Source: Lama guanicoe
Taxonomy: Eukaryota
Reading direction: 5' to 3'
Assembly: GCA_013239625.1 (NCBI GenBank)
Contig: MU054391.1
Span: 3,191,130-3,255,129 of the forward strand
DNA: 64,000 nt
Made by a program: the position numbers and the translations under genes. How positions within the stretch are numbered: position 1 is the first letter of the stretch; every line of letters starts with the position of its first letter. Of the stretch, positions 49,991-63,997 are shown piece by piece. The notes beneath the pieces were generated by a model. The model was not told the DNA's origin. It searched no databases and saw only the letters and a list, made by a program, of their open reading frames with translations.

Positions 49991-51559
49991 ATTTTTAATT
50001 ATTTCTCTTACTGGCCGTAGGTCCTTAATTGAGGTCAAGTCACTGCCATGACAGACAGCCCCAGCGGTGACCTCTGGGCTGTAGTGATGGCCGTTCTCCA
50101 ATAACCTTGGTTTGGGCTCTTCCGTTAGCATCGTCCCAAAGGGCTAGCAATTGATTTTCCACAAAAGAAAGGTTTGCTTTTCAACTGGCACAGGACTCCA
50201 AACCGAAATCCCCCCTGCACCATGAGGGCTCCTGCCTGTGGGGAGTTCAGGCTGTAAATCAGGGCTCTGCAAACTCCCACCTTGCTGAGCAAACGGGGCA
50301 GGAGAGGCGCTCCAGGCTGCGGAGCGGCTGCCTATGCTGGCACCCGGCGCCCGGCGAGCCGGGGCAGCCCCAGAGAGACAGCGTGAGGTGGACAGACGTC
50401 AGAGATGCCAGCTTCCTGTGTTTCTAGAAATGGAGTTTCGTATCCAAGTCGTCCACCACCCCAAGACCTCATTTATTTTTCTAGCTTGGTAAAACAATGG
50501 CTCTTTTATACGGTATCTGAATAATGCAAACCCAATAAAGGCAAAGGGAAATCCTATCGTCAAATGTGACAGGGAACACGGGCTCTAAGTGTGTGAGTGG
50601 AAATGATCTCTTTCACAACATCACAGGACGGCAGACAGAAGGATGAATGTCAGTACTGCACCTGGAATAGAGTTTAGTAATCCAAGCCCCTAGCGTGGAG
50701 GGGAGGGCATGAAAAAGGGAGAGAGAGAGAGAGAGGGGTCTCTCAGCCATTGCTGCGCTACGATTCCTGATGGTGTCAGGAGGTCGTTCCATCAATAGGC
50801 ACTTTGGGTGCAAGAGCTCGGCCCTTGTCTGGGCACCCAAAAGAGGAGACCCCACCCCAACTGTCTGGACGCGTGGACGCCAGCTTTCCAGCAACGCCTG
50901 GTATTGTCTTTCCACACGTGGAATCACTCTCTTTGGTACAAACAGGCCAAACGTGATACATGTTACATGTCGAATGGGGCTGGAGTTCCGATGAAACTTA
51001 GAGCCCTGTGAAGACCAGGTCCACAGGATGTGATTTTTATAAAAGATAACTGAGTTAGGGAGACAGCGCGGCCAGGGCTCCAGCCACCCTGGGGGAAGGC
51101 AGCTTGGATCTGCAGCAAGCTCTCACGTGAGGGTGTCCCCTCCTGGTCCTCTCTCAGGGCTGGCTGTGTCCGCCCCCCAGCTCCGCCTGGAGCCCTGCGG
51201 TCTGGACGGCTCTCAGGCTGTGAGCGCCCACTTGGCGTTGATCTTACTGCTCTGACTTTGGCTTCTTTATGTGCTCTGTCCTCTGATATTGTTCCAGCAA
51301 GTCTCTACGAGTCCTCAAGTTCCTTCTCTTTAAGGGGAACCGAGATTTGTTTGTTTTCTGTCTTGTTTTTTGACTGGTACGTCCTTCACCAGACTCACGC
51401 TGCTTTTTCTGGTCTGGTTTGCCACCTTTTCTCAGTGAGCCCTAATCGCGCATGGCTTAAACATGACGAGTGTTAATTCTGTGACATCATTGATCAGAAA
51501 TGTTAACAGTACCTTGTCAAACCACCAAAGCCCCGCAAAGAGAAAAGCGCGACCATTCC

Positions 51560-51850
51560 TGGTTTATGGCTATAAAAAAAAGAAGGTTTGGGGCCATCAG
51601 GCAGTTGAATGACTTGTCCAAGGTCACAGAGCCAAGAAGTGACAGGATGGTGGTTCTGACCGGATCTCTCAACCACACACCCCTGCCCATTTCAGCTCGA
51701 CATTTTCATTTACATAACTTGATGCAACCGGGAACGTTATCTTCATTTACACGAGAGGAAACAAGGTCAGAGAAGGGAAAGAATATGTTCAAAGTCACAC
51801 AGTGGCAGAGCCAAAAGATAAACTAAGGTTTGCCTCTCTCCCAAATTCAT
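51560..51850 (-). mobile_element. Two tandem MIR core remnants
   Basis: tgacttgtccaaggtcacagag; gaggaaacaaggtcagagaagg...aaagtcacacagtggcagagc. Confidence 0.65.
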
Positions 51851-54176
51851 GTTCCCAATATATCATCCAGACTCATTAGCACCCTTAGCATGAAAGACAG
51901 GATTTTAATTGAAAAATTTAAAAGCATCTCCCAGAAACCAAATAACGGAGAAGATACAACGGTTACCATCTTAATTGTTTAATGAAAACAGCAGGCAAGT
52001 TGGTTCTCTGAGAAGTCAGAGGCGTTAAATTTAGTTTTGCACATTTAGGGACCAGCCCACAGGTAAAAACAGCAATAAAAACAAACAAATACGAAACCAA
52101 AACAACAGAAAAAGCCCTCTTATATCTGTGTCTGCATCTCGAAGTCTCACTTGTCCTCCTTAATTAATTAAACTTGCTCCTGAAGCATTTTTTATACCTT
52201 TTGAGACACACATCGGTTCAACCCTCACCCTAGGAATGTATTGCACTTACGCGTCACCAGCTGGGCAGCAGCCAGGTGTCGTCACCGTAAATAAAGCTGT
52301 CATTTTATCACCGCCAGGAGTTCAGATGGAGGCATGCCTACTTACAGGAAGTACTTCCAGCGTTAAAGGCATCATCTCTCATGGATGTCCTCAACCAAGC
52401 TCCCTCTCCTCCTGGGAGGGCAGATCTTTAAGGCAAAGGCTTTCTGGAAAGAAACCAGAATGAGGAGGTGTGAATGACGGAGGTGAGAAACCGTGCTCAA
52501 ATTCACAGTAGAGGTAAACAGCCTGTTTTCTTGGAAGAGCTTTCAAGGAAAGACACCAAAGCTTGTCAGGTCTGAGGGATGGCCAGGGTGACCCCGGGAG
52601 CCCTTGCGGGTCCTGGCATCTCAGAGGACCGCATGGCAGGCGCAGCGTCCGACCACCAGGGGCCTGGCTCCGCTGATGGGCTCGTTGCTTTCTCAGCCTG
52701 AAGTACTTTACGTCTCAGTCCAATGCCCTTTCCATTCCCAAATCCCTACGAGGCTTTGCTTGCTAACCCGTTGATTGTCCGAGAGCTTCCTGTGCGCACC
52801 GCCCTGGGATCACTCAGCACATTGCAGTGGGCTGAACGGACCGCGTCTCTCCCGACGGAAAGACAGGCGTGCATGCATATATCTGCATCCCTGGAGCTCA
52901 GCGCAGTGCCTGACCCAATGGACGAGGTCAGCAAAGGGTGCTGAATAAGTTATTTTTCTCTGTTGAGAAATAAGTCAACAGGCATGTATTGGGTGACTGA
53001 GCGCTGCAGCCAGCTCCGCAGCCGTTGAAATGTGGAACGGAAGTGCTGGCTGGCAAGACGGCCTCAGAGCCAGACTCACGGCGCGGCCGCTCCCGGCCCA
53101 ACCAGCTAGCGGTGCGGAGCGGCTGGCGGAGGCCGTCGGGGCAGAGCTTCCTCTTCCTGACTCAAGCGTGTCTTTTCCTGCTCCACGTGCCCAGGGAACT
53201 ACCACTAACAAGCACTGAAACCTAACCCATGGTCACGAGGAGCGGGCTGTGTTCCGCCCACCTTTCCCGCGCAGGGCGGGCGCAGCGTTAAATCAAACCT
53301 GTGAACGGTTTCCACCAGTCTGAGTGTCCTCCCGGCCTCCCCCCAGACGCCTGTGGCTCCCCCCGCCGGGCTCCTGAATGGAGCCCCTCCCCCACTACAG
53401 GCCAAGTCCTCCCGGAGGTGGGGCCCCAGGTCCCCAGGGAGAGGGCGGGAAATTCACACTCACCCAGGCACCCCGTGTGGTAAGTCACGCGCTGATGCCG
53501 CAAATACAGCCTGTCCTTCAAACCGTTCGTAGCACCTTACATGTAGTTTCTGATTTGCAGTCCCAGGGGTTTTATGATATAGTTACGATCTCCACGTCAC
53601 GTGAGACAAAGGTCGAAAACAGTAAACAGCTCATCCATGCTAATATGTTATCAAGGATTTTGACAAAAGTCTGCCTGACTTCAAAACCCGTGTTCTTCCT
53701 ACCACAGCAACTGCCTTCCAGACTGTGTGACTTGGAGGATTTTATTCCGGGAAGCAGCGATGACTTGCTTGGTATTGTTTATCTTTACCTGTCGATGAGT
53801 ATGGACCAGAGGTCTAGCGTGTTCCAGGCGCTGAGCGTTCCGCAGTGAAAATAGCACACGCTCTCGCATTCAGAGCAAGCAGACGAGGGGCGGGATTAAC
53901 TGTCTTCTCTCATATGCAGTGTGTAGAATAATTACGCAGGTTTTATGCATTGCCATATCCTCAGATGCTTTGGAAATGTCCAATTAAATACATTCAGCCC
54001 TGCCCCTGCAAATACACCACATCCCATTCAGTCAACTCTGGGGTAACTGGCAGGTCTTATTCATTCTCTGATGAAAACTTCCAGTATGGAATATAAGAGG
54101 TCTGCTTTATCAACAACCATCCAGTATTTGGATATATCATTCCCATACAGAAACAGATAACATAAAACCTGTTCCC

Positions 54177-54310
54177 GGGAGGGTGTAGCTCAGAGGTAGA
54201 CCGTATGCCTAGCGTGCACAAGGTCCTGGGTTCAACCCCCAGTATCTCCATTAAAAAATAAATAAGGCTAGGTACCTCCCCGCTAAGTAAACTAGTTAAT
54301 TAAATAATCA
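54177..54310 (+). mobile_element. tRNA-derived SINE, camelid vic-1 type
   Basis: gggagggtgtagctcagaggtaga...gtcctgggttcaacccccagtatctcca plus A-rich tail. Confidence 0.85.
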
Positions 54311-56719
54311 AAAACAAAATATTTTTAAAAATTAAGATTTTTTCAATAAAATGGTTTTCTAAATTTAATTTTCAAAATGGTAAACATGGCTCTGCCTCTC
54401 TCTAAAAGTGGTAACAACAAAACAGAGGCAAGAGAGAATAATGCAAAATTCCATCTAATGAAAGTGACAAATGTGTTAATCCGCATGGACACACTTACGG
54501 AGGATTCCAGGGGCTTCTGATTTCAGGCCAGGGAGGCCACGGAAGGATTGTGGCCCCCAGGTTGGAGGCAGAGCTTCCCGAGAACCTAGTTTGGCACCAA
54601 AGAGAATCAGGAAAGGCGGAGCTCAACCAAGGACCACACAGGTGCTCCAGGACGCAGGGGAGACACGGTGCGTCAGAGACCGGCTGGTCGGGAGCCCCCG
54701 TGAGCTGCCACTTGCTTCAGATGTGAAAAAATAAAAGCTAATGAACTTGCCCCTACTGTCAAATCTGTGCCATCGGTTATACACACATAGCAGATTTTAA
54801 AAGACTTGCCACATACTAGATTTCATCTGAAAACCTGCACATTATTTTATTTCAACTTTAAACTATGCACCTATGATTTAAAAAAATACTGTGTTTGGAA
54901 TTTTTCCCCTTTTCCCAAATAAGTGTGAATAAATATAAACTTGTTCCATGCACTTGCAGCCAGGAGGTTTAAGTGAACAGGCCCTCCAGGGGAGAAGAAA
55001 GAACTTTGATTTGTAGTCTTTTCCAATTTCTGTATTGTAAATACTCCCGCTGCGGCCAAATTCAAGCTACCAATGCAGGAACACCTGGCTTACAAAATTC
55101 CTGAATATTTGACTTTGTTTCAATTTGGTTTTAAAAGCCAGTGGGAGCGGGCCACAGCACTCCACAGCACCCCTTTATCTACATGATAACACATTTTTGT
55201 GAGGCGCCCTGAAATCACACAGATCATCTTATCTTTTTATATGCCAGAGAATAAATCAAAATGTTTTCCTTTTTATTATATATAACAGATTAGAAAAAAA
55301 AATCAGACAATCCGAAGAAGACTACAAAAAATGAAGATCAACATGAAACATAAGAAGTACTCATGGATGTCTGGTGAGTTGCGTTGTTGATGGTGGGAAT
55401 GGAGCAAACACCTAACGGAGGGCTTCGGTCAGATGTTCTTCAGAGAGATGCAGTGCCCGTCTGGTTCTTCTCTGAGCCTGAGCTGACCTTCTGGTGGAGC
55501 AGGAGACCCAGCTGCACCAGAGGTCCCTGGGGCTCCACTCTCAGCTGGAGGCTTTTCGCCCAGGTCCGAGCTCAGGGCGCTCAGGGCGCTCAGTGCCGGC
55601 CAGCCGTGCCTGCCGCTCAGGATGCTCGTAGCCAGCCTCCAAAAGCTGCTCCCTGATGGTGCCTCCCACAGCCCATCACTTTCCCTGTTCAAGAACTTTG
55701 CCTTTAACCTGCTGTCAAGTTAGACTTTCATGAGGTCACCCCCAGCTTTTCTTTCTCCAGGCCAAATCATCCATTTCCCCGAAAACCCCCCTGAGGTCCT
55801 ATTTCCCTACCCTTTCATCATTCTTGTGACTCCTGTTTGAGCTCAGTTTGAGAGAAATGAGTATGAGTTTCTGGGGCACCGTCTCACCCCTGACCCAGTA
55901 CTTAAAGGCCAGGAGGCCATGAGCACAGAGGAAAGGATGGCCCCGGGGCCATGCGCTGCAGGGATGTCTCCAGGACCTCGCTCTGCCTTCCGCTGGGGCT
56001 GCTCTTTCTCAGAGAGCCTGCTTCTCCGCACCAAGGGAGCATCAGGTATCAGAACAGAAGAGACCTAGAAATGGTCACAGGCACATCATGTAGACACAAG
56101 ACTGGCAGCCAATGTATTTAAATACCTCAGCTGCAAGCAGAGAGTTAACTGAAGACACAAGGCAGAGCCATGATGTAGTCCGGCGCCCCGAGTCCCCTGC
56201 AAACAGGGCGTCATAGCTGTCCCTGCGGAGAGAGGACAGTTGGAGTAAATAGCATTCATGTCACCCTCCTTCCACGAGAACGTGTTGGCAAAAGCCTCTC
56301 GGCCTTGCTCCCCACACTTCCCCAGCATCTCGAAGAGAGCCCGGCACGTGCACTTCCCCCCCACATGCTTTGGTCCTTGTGGGAGGAACGTCTCCTACCT
56401 AATTTCCCACCTGTGCAAGTTCATGAAGGTAGATAGGACTGATGAGAAAATTGGAATCCTTTGCATTCCAACCCTTTTTCATATAGTGTTTATGATAAAC
56501 ATCGACTGGCAAGTGACAGAAACTGTCTGGGATTGCTTTAATTATAGAGAATATCTTATAGCAGTGAGCAGCATCTTAACCTGGAAGGCGTTGAGTGGAG
56601 CCCAGCCCCCATGCAGGATTAGCCCTGGAGTAGAAGCACCTTTATGTTCTCCACGGGGCCTCGGAGAGCTGGAGGCTGTGACAGCACCTCGTGCAGCAAG
56701 TGTCAGAACAAGACAGAGG

Positions 56720-56880
56720 AGCGCCATGTGCCACGCTCATTTCTGCCAATAGCTGTGTGAGCTCAGGAGAGTCACCTAACCCCTCTGAACTTTATTTCCC
56801 TATTTCTAATGTGGGACAATGGATCTCTGTTCTTCTGATCACAGACCAAATGAGTCAATGTTATGAAATGTATTTTTTTA
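56720..56880 (+). mobile_element. MIR remnant
   Basis: tagctgtgtgagctcaggagagtcacctaacccctctgaac. Confidence 0.7.
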
Positions 56881-57072
56881 AACTTTAAAATAAGAGACAA
56901 CACAAGATTAGTTTATTAACAGTCAAGAACTGTCCCTCTCTTTTGGCTGAAAATACAAATCAGATAAATAATTGCCACTGATTTAAAAAAACTCACCAGA
57001 TTTTCACATCAAGAGTTGCATCAAGATGACCTGGTGTAAAACAAAATTTGTTTAAGGATATATAATTTCAAG

Positions 57073-57140
57073 AAAAAATAAAATAAAATAAAATAAAATA
57101 AAATAAAATAAAATAAAATAAAATAAAATAAAATAAAATA
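57073..57140. repeat. (AAAAT)n pentanucleotide microsatellite
   Basis: About 13 perfect units. Confidence 0.95.
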
Positions 57141-58071
57141 CACAGCCTTTTCAAAATTAAAGACCTTTTAGGGTTTTGTGATTCTCAAATCAGAGAGAAG
57201 TGAGAAGGTACGTAATGCCTTCACGATGTACTTGGAGGCAGTTCAAATAGGCGGAGAAAAGGCTGAGAGATTCTTGACAGGCAAATTGCTAACCTGTGGC
57301 ATGTGTCTCCCTCTGACAGAAACAGAGAAGATTTGAAAGAATTTATGTTGTCAGATGGCATTATGTTTACTGGACCTGATCCTAAATCTTAGAAATTAAA
57401 AGGCCTTAAATTTTGATCTTCAAGTGTCAAAAAAAGGTTAAAGCATTTTAGAGAGAAACAACATGCTTTCAGCAGAGCCCGGGGCCACATAGGAACATGA
57501 ATTCCTGAGTAGTGGGAGTTCCACACCCAGGAAATAAACAGGAGGAAAGTAAGGGCTAGTCGCTTTCATGGATTGTCTCTTTCCATGTAGCTCTTCTCCT
57601 GCCCAGAATAATTAAAAAAAATACGTGTTGAGATATAAGCAATGCTGCCCATCACATTAGTTCTACTACTTAGTCTGACTCTGAAAAACAGAAAAAGTAT
57701 AAATTAACACAAGTTTGCTCTTTCTTTGACATTTGTCTACTCACCTACTCATTTTTTTTCATTCATTGAACAAACATTTCTTTAACAAGCATGTTGTGTG
57801 AAGTAGCTGGGAAAATTCTAAAATGAAGGTAGATTATGCAGACAGTATTTTTGCTATCTCTCTTACAGACTTGATGTTCCAGTAAGATAAATAAGGTAGG
57901 TCGATAGATTTTTAAAAACAGATGATTGATTGGTAAAGATATGAATCACTAAATTGCAAGTAGAATGTAAAAATACATCTGAAAAAAAATTGAAAACCAA
58001 GTAAGAAGCGTAGAGCTTGGAAGCTTGGCTAATTGGGACTGGTATTTCAAATTGCACAATTTCTCTTTAGG

Positions 58072-59339
58072 GAGGTTCACTTATTTTTTTTATTTATTTT
58101 ATTTTTTTGTATTTTTTTATTGAAGTATAGTCAGTTTACAATGTTGTGTCAATTTCTGGTGTACATTACAAAGCTTCAGTCATACATGAATAAACATATA
58201 TTTTTTCCTATTGTTTTTCACCATAAGCTGCTACAAGACATTGAATATAGTTTTGAATATAGTTCCCTGTGCTATATAGTATAAACTTGTTTATCTATTT
58301 TATATATACCAGTCAGTATCTGCAATATCTGCAAATCTTGAACTCCCAATTTATCCCTTCCCACTCCCTTCCCTCGCTGGTAACCATAAGTTTGTTTTCT
58401 ATGTCTGTGAGTCTGTTTCTGTTTTGTAAATAAGTTCATTTGTCTATTTTTTTTTCGATTCCACATATGAATGATCCCATATGATATTTTTATTTCTCTT
58501 TCTTGCTTACTTCACTTAGAATGACATTCTCCAGGTCCATCCATGTTGCTGCAAATGGCATTATTTCATTATTTTTTATGGCTGAGTAGTATTCCATTGT
58601 ATAAATATACTACAACTTCTTTAACTACATTCCCACCAACAGTGTAGGAGGGTTCCCTTTTCTTCACAGCCTCTCCAGGATTTATGGTTTTGGTCAAACC
58701 TTTGACAAAAGAGGCAAGAACATACAATGGAAAAAAGACAGTCTCTTCAGCAAATGGTGTAGTGAAAGCTGGACAGCAGCATATAAATCAATGAAGTTAG
58801 AACACTCCCTCACATCATACACAAAAATAAACTCAAATGGCTTAAAGACCTAAAACAAGACACAATAAATCTCCTAGAAGAAAACATAGTTAAAACACTA
58901 TCTCACATATATCTCGGCAATGCTCTCCTAGGGCAGTCTACCCAAGCAATAGAAATAAAAGTAAAAATAAACAAATGGGACCTAATTAAACTTAAAAGCT
59001 TTTTGCACAGCAAAGGAAACATAAGCAAAACAAAACAACCACCTACAGAATTGGAGAAAATATTTGCAGAAGATGAGACTGACAAGGGCTTAATTTCCAG
59101 AATATATAAACAGCTCATACAACTTAATGAGAAAAAAACAAACAACCCAATCCAAAAATGGGCAGAAGAACTAAACAAGCAATTCTTCAATGAACACATA
59201 CAAATGGCCAACAGACACATGAAAAACTGCCCAATATCGCTAATTATCAGAGAAATGCAAATCAAAACTACAGTGAGATATCAGAATGGCTATCATTCAA
59301 AAGTCCACAAAGAATAAATGCTGGAGAGGTTCACTTCTT
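58072..59339 (-). mobile_element. Lineage-specific 5'-truncated, 5'-inverted L1 with TSD
   Basis: Poly(A) and 3' UTR on minus (58081-58686), ORF2 fragment on plus (~58690-59330; ORF 59003-59317 is L1 ORF2-like); TSD GAGGTTCACTT at both ends. Confidence 0.9.
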
Positions 59340-61418
59340 AACTAAGTAAAAATGTAGTTGTGAATCATGCACTTAGTTTCATTATAAAGCAACACCGAAG
59401 GGTTTTCTTTTCTGCTGAAACGCAGGACTGTGCGAACTACTTGAAATGGGCAAAAGGACGAAGGACTGGAAGATGACTTCGTAGACAAACCATCTATAAC
59501 AAAAGCAAAGTTTTCCTTTCTTGGCAATTTGTTGGAATATCGGTAAAGTATAAACATGCTTTCTGTACATGAATCACACATTTGAAAGACTTAATGAGCA
59601 AGTTTCATATATTCATTCACTAATTAGACAATTTATTCAGTACAGTTTTATAAGAGCACGCCCCTGAGCTTGAGGAAGGCACGGCAGGTGACAAAGACAA
59701 CCACACACCGGCCTGTGACATCAGGAGGGCTTCCGTCTACAGTATGTCATTGCTTTTACAACAGCCTTGTAGGGGAACCTGTGATTCTTAAAATCCCCAC
59801 TTTGTGCTTAGAAAAATGGCATTCAGAGAGGTTGACACTCAGTCTGACACCGAGAGACTCTGAAATTACATGGAGTCCTTCCCATAGAAACACACGTTCC
59901 ATTCTATTAAAAGATAACCAAATATATTTTCTCGATGAGATAGATGTTACTTGCAGATGGAAAAAAAAAGATGACTCTTGAAAACATACCTTGAAGATGT
60001 TTGTCCTTTTCCTGAAATAGTCTCTGCCTTGGTGACCAGGACTCCGTGTTTTCTCCTTCTCTGGCCTTTGGTGGCCTCATTCTCATGACCCGGCTGTCCC
60101 GTCTGGGTAGGGAGGACCTGAGCGTGGTCCTCCCGTCCTGCACCCCAGGCGGTCTCAGCCCCGCCTGTGCCTGTAACCAGCGTCCGCACAGACTCGTCTC
60201 CTAAACTGCATCTCCTGCGCAGAGCTTCCCACGGAGCGGCTCCGCATTTACACTTAGTACTTCAAAAGCAGCTCACGGACGGTGACCCCTGACTCTTCCC
60301 TCCTGGGATTTGTCCTGCTCTGCTTTCCCTTCTCTGGGTGGACGGCAGCACCGGTCGCTCAGCTGCACAAGCCCGGAGATCTGCAGGTCCCTCGGAGCCC
60401 GGGGCGCCCCCTCCTGGACGTCACAGCGGTGGCTCCTGACACACAGCTCCTCCCCGCTGTGCTCCGGGGGGCGGTTCTTGGGCCGTGCACTTGCCTCGTC
60501 TTATTTAATCTTCAGGTGGAGAAGCCACACAGTTTCCTCAATTTATTGAGGATACATAATTTAAATAAAGTTTACTTTCTATTTAAAATAATGACACATC
60601 TGTCGGTGCGGGGGCTGTGATTGCTCAGTCTTCCCTGCAGCCTGGGGCGGGGGTGGGGGTCGCCTACGGAAGGCGCATGTGCGTTCAGTTCAGCAGACGC
60701 GGTGCGATCACCGCTGGCTTGGGCAGCAGGTGGCGGCCTGCTTGGTTATCTCGGCAGCTCGGGCGCAGCTGGCCCCATCTGGCCGTTTGGGTTTCGAGGA
60801 TTCACCAGTGGAGCGCATGTACCTGCCATTTCCCCGTTTTACCATCTCAGGCTGTTCGGCCTCTTCACCCTGATGGCGGCCATGTCCCCTGACCTGAGCT
60901 ATAAGAAGGCCTGTCACACTCGGACCACGGGGAGCAGGTGGCACTGACTCTGCCCCTCGCCTCCAGGTGCTGCTGCGGATGCCGGGCCCTTCCCTACTCG
61001 GGAGGCGAGTGGCCGTTGGAAAGGTTTTCCCTGGACTCGCTCAAGCTGACTCTCCACATAAATGATACCCTGGCATCATTCCACCGCCCTCCCTGTCCCT
61101 GAGCTTCTCCGTGTCCACCCGCGTGTGGCTCCAGCTGCCTCTCCCACTGTGCTGGGGTGCAAGGGACACCCGGAGTCTTCGCTCTTCCCCTGCGGCCTTC
61201 TCCGCCCATCACGGCGCCCTAGGAAGAGGGCTACGCGGGACTGTCAGTTCTCCACGACAACCCGTCCTCGTCCACTAAGGCGGTAGGTGTCACGGCCCAG
61301 AAGCAGAAATGTCAGGGGCAGAAATAAGGAAATGTGCTGCACCGTGTACAAACCTCTATGATCTGGCTTTTTCACATCTGATTCTTGACATAGTAAAGAA
61401 AAAATTTTAAATTAAAAC

Positions 61419-61545
61419 TTTTTTGTTGTTTTCTTTGGGGGTAGGTAATTAGGTGTGTTTATTTATTCTTAGAGGAGGTGCTGGGGATTGAATCCAGGAC
61501 CTCCTGCGTGCTAAGTGCCTGCTCTAACACTTTGAGCTATACCCT
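61419..61545 (-). mobile_element. tRNA-derived SINE, camelid vic-1 type
   Basis: Reverse of gggtatagctcaaagtgttagagc...gtcctggattcaatccccagcacctcc. Confidence 0.85.
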
Positions 61546-62689
61546 TTTCTGAAAAATCTTTTAGATCTCTTATTCTCTCTTTTTCTCCCTAAAGTCCTGC
61601 TTTTAAATGTATCGTCTTGCTTCAAGCTCTAAAAACACTCTTTGTGTCAGTCAGTGCTGAGAAATAGCGCACACTAGCTGGCGGCTGCCCTTCCTTGAGA
61701 CTGAAACCTGTGAAGGCAGGGGGTTTGACAGAACCTCTGAGAACCTCCCCACAGGAAAACATACCTGAAACGGCTTTACAGAGCATCATCCAATGCTCTC
61801 ACAACAATGCTTCAAGGTCAATTTTGTCATCCTGGTCCACGAGGTAAACCTGAGCCTCAGTGAATTCTTCAGTTCATATGGCTCATCCCTGGAGAAAGAG
61901 TGGTCTGGGATTCACATGTAGGTCTGTTGGGCACAAACATGCTTTTTTGGAAAATGTTTTTGCTGCACCAAGCTATTGAGAAGGTGTCAGTGAGGGAAAG
62001 CCCCCGCAGAATAACGTGGGGGACCAGCTGGGGTCTCCGATTCTTTTCCACCAAGGCTGTCCCCTCCCCCACACGCTCCTCCCTGTAACAGAGACTGGCT
62101 GGAACCCGACCCGTCACTTGCTCTCCCAGTGACCCAGTTCGCTGGGGGCCACGTGACTGAGCGTGAGATAACGGAAGGAAGGAGGGTGCAGGGTAAACTA
62201 CCTGAGAGCTCGGAGATCGAGATGTCCCGTGTGACCAAGCCCTCCCCCCTCTCCCTCCCTCTCTCATCCTTGACTATCTGAAGGGAGGTACCCATCAAAA
62301 GAGCGTGAGGAGGACCTAATGGATTCTGGGAACTACCAGATGGAAGGAGCCAGAATCCTGAACCACAAAGGCACCTGCTAAACAGCTGATCTGTGACCCC
62401 AGGGGAAACGCACCCTCTTATGTCCCCTCGAGGTTTTGATAGTTTGCGTCAGCAGTCAGTGTTAGGTGCCCTGACTGATGAACTCCAAGGACACAACCCC
62501 CCAGGTGACCCCCCCCGAGGCCCAACCCACCTCCATGAGTCCCTAAAGTCTCGCCCTTCAAAGGGAGCTGAGCAGCTGCCACAACAGCACCACAGCAGGA
62601 GTGACGGCCGTGGCCCCTGCGCCTTTCTGGTGTCGGCTGCCTTCTAAGTGACGTACAGGTCGTGATTCATTTACTCTTTGCAACAGATG

Positions 62690-62825
62690 TACAAATCTCT
62701 TTCCCCACTCCGGAAAACTGGAGCCCAGAGAAGTTAAATAATCTGCCCAAGGGCATTGCAACTGATGCTCAACAGAACTGGACAGAACAGTCCTGAATCC
62801 GAGCACTCGGGCTCCAGAATCCTGA
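62690..62825 (-). mobile_element. MIR remnant
   Basis: aaactggagcccagagaagttaaataatctgcccaagg. Confidence 0.65.
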
Positions 62826-63825
62826 CCCAGAGGCCGTGTGCCGCTCACCTCTCGGCTTAGTTTTAAGACAACAAGCAAATCGCATCCAGCAGCCGACCGT
62901 GCGGCCTCGGCTTTCCCATTCGACAACGAGAGGCGGGTTTACGACACATGAATTCTGGGCTGTGGGAGGCCCCGGCAGCTCCCAGGTGGGCAGGTTCCTG
63001 TGCCTCATTCTCTGGTCTGCCTCAGGAGCTAAAACTCACGTCATCTCTGGGCAACATGCCAGGGATCATCAGTGACAGGGAGTAAGAATTCCATAAATAT
63101 GCAGAGTCCCTTCTCCAAGGCCACAGACCAGGTGAGCGAGCAGAAGATGGGTTTAGCCTGGAAGGGCTTGCGGTACTGCTTGGTAAGTGCCGGGAATAAA
63201 ACTATTTTGGTGAGTTTCTGGCCCCAGGATGCCCTGCTGCTGCAAGTGTGATCTCGCACCGGGAAGGCTTAACACAAGAGTTTCTTGAGATTCTCTCTCT
63301 CCCAGACGTCTTTGCACGCATCAAAGACGTCAGGAGGGGATCAGAGCGGGAGAAGTTGACAGTCCCGGGGCTGGAGCAGGCAGGTGGGTGGACTCAAGGC
63401 GAGAGAACGTAGACTTTGGGCAGGTGGTGGGGTAGGAGGTAGAAGAGGAGGGGAAAGTTCCCAAGAGACTCGAGGTGGAAAGGAGAAAACAAATGGGGCA
63501 AAATACAGTATCATCTGCAGAGAGGAAGCAGGAGACAGATTTCTGCTTTCATCGGTCTGGTTGGAATCGCAAGTTAAACATATAGTGACATTTTAAACTG
63601 CTGTCATGTATATGAGTGTTCTAGCTACAATAAATGACTGAGATGAATAGAAATAAGAATTACCACCTTTTAGTGAGAATCTATTATGTGCAAAATTAGA
63701 CATACTTAATGTGTCATCTATTTTCTTCATAGCAAAACTTCAAGACAGGAAGTATTTCCATTCTTATGCATGAAGTTCAGAGGGAAAAAGATTTTCTCTG
63801 GTATACAGCATACTGATTCAGTTAT

Positions 63826-63886
<61 letters not shown>

Positions 63887-63938
63887 TATATATATTCCTT
63901 TCTATATTTTTTTTTTTTATTTGTTTTTGTTAGTTATA

Positions 63939-63997
<59 letters not shown>

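Noticed and set aside
54177..54250. tRNA-like sequence with A and B boxes
   Set aside because: SINE head with A-rich tail and two diverged sibling copies; not a functional tRNA.
59003..59317. 104-aa ORF
   Set aside because: Fragment of L1 ORF2 within the inverted L1, not a host gene.
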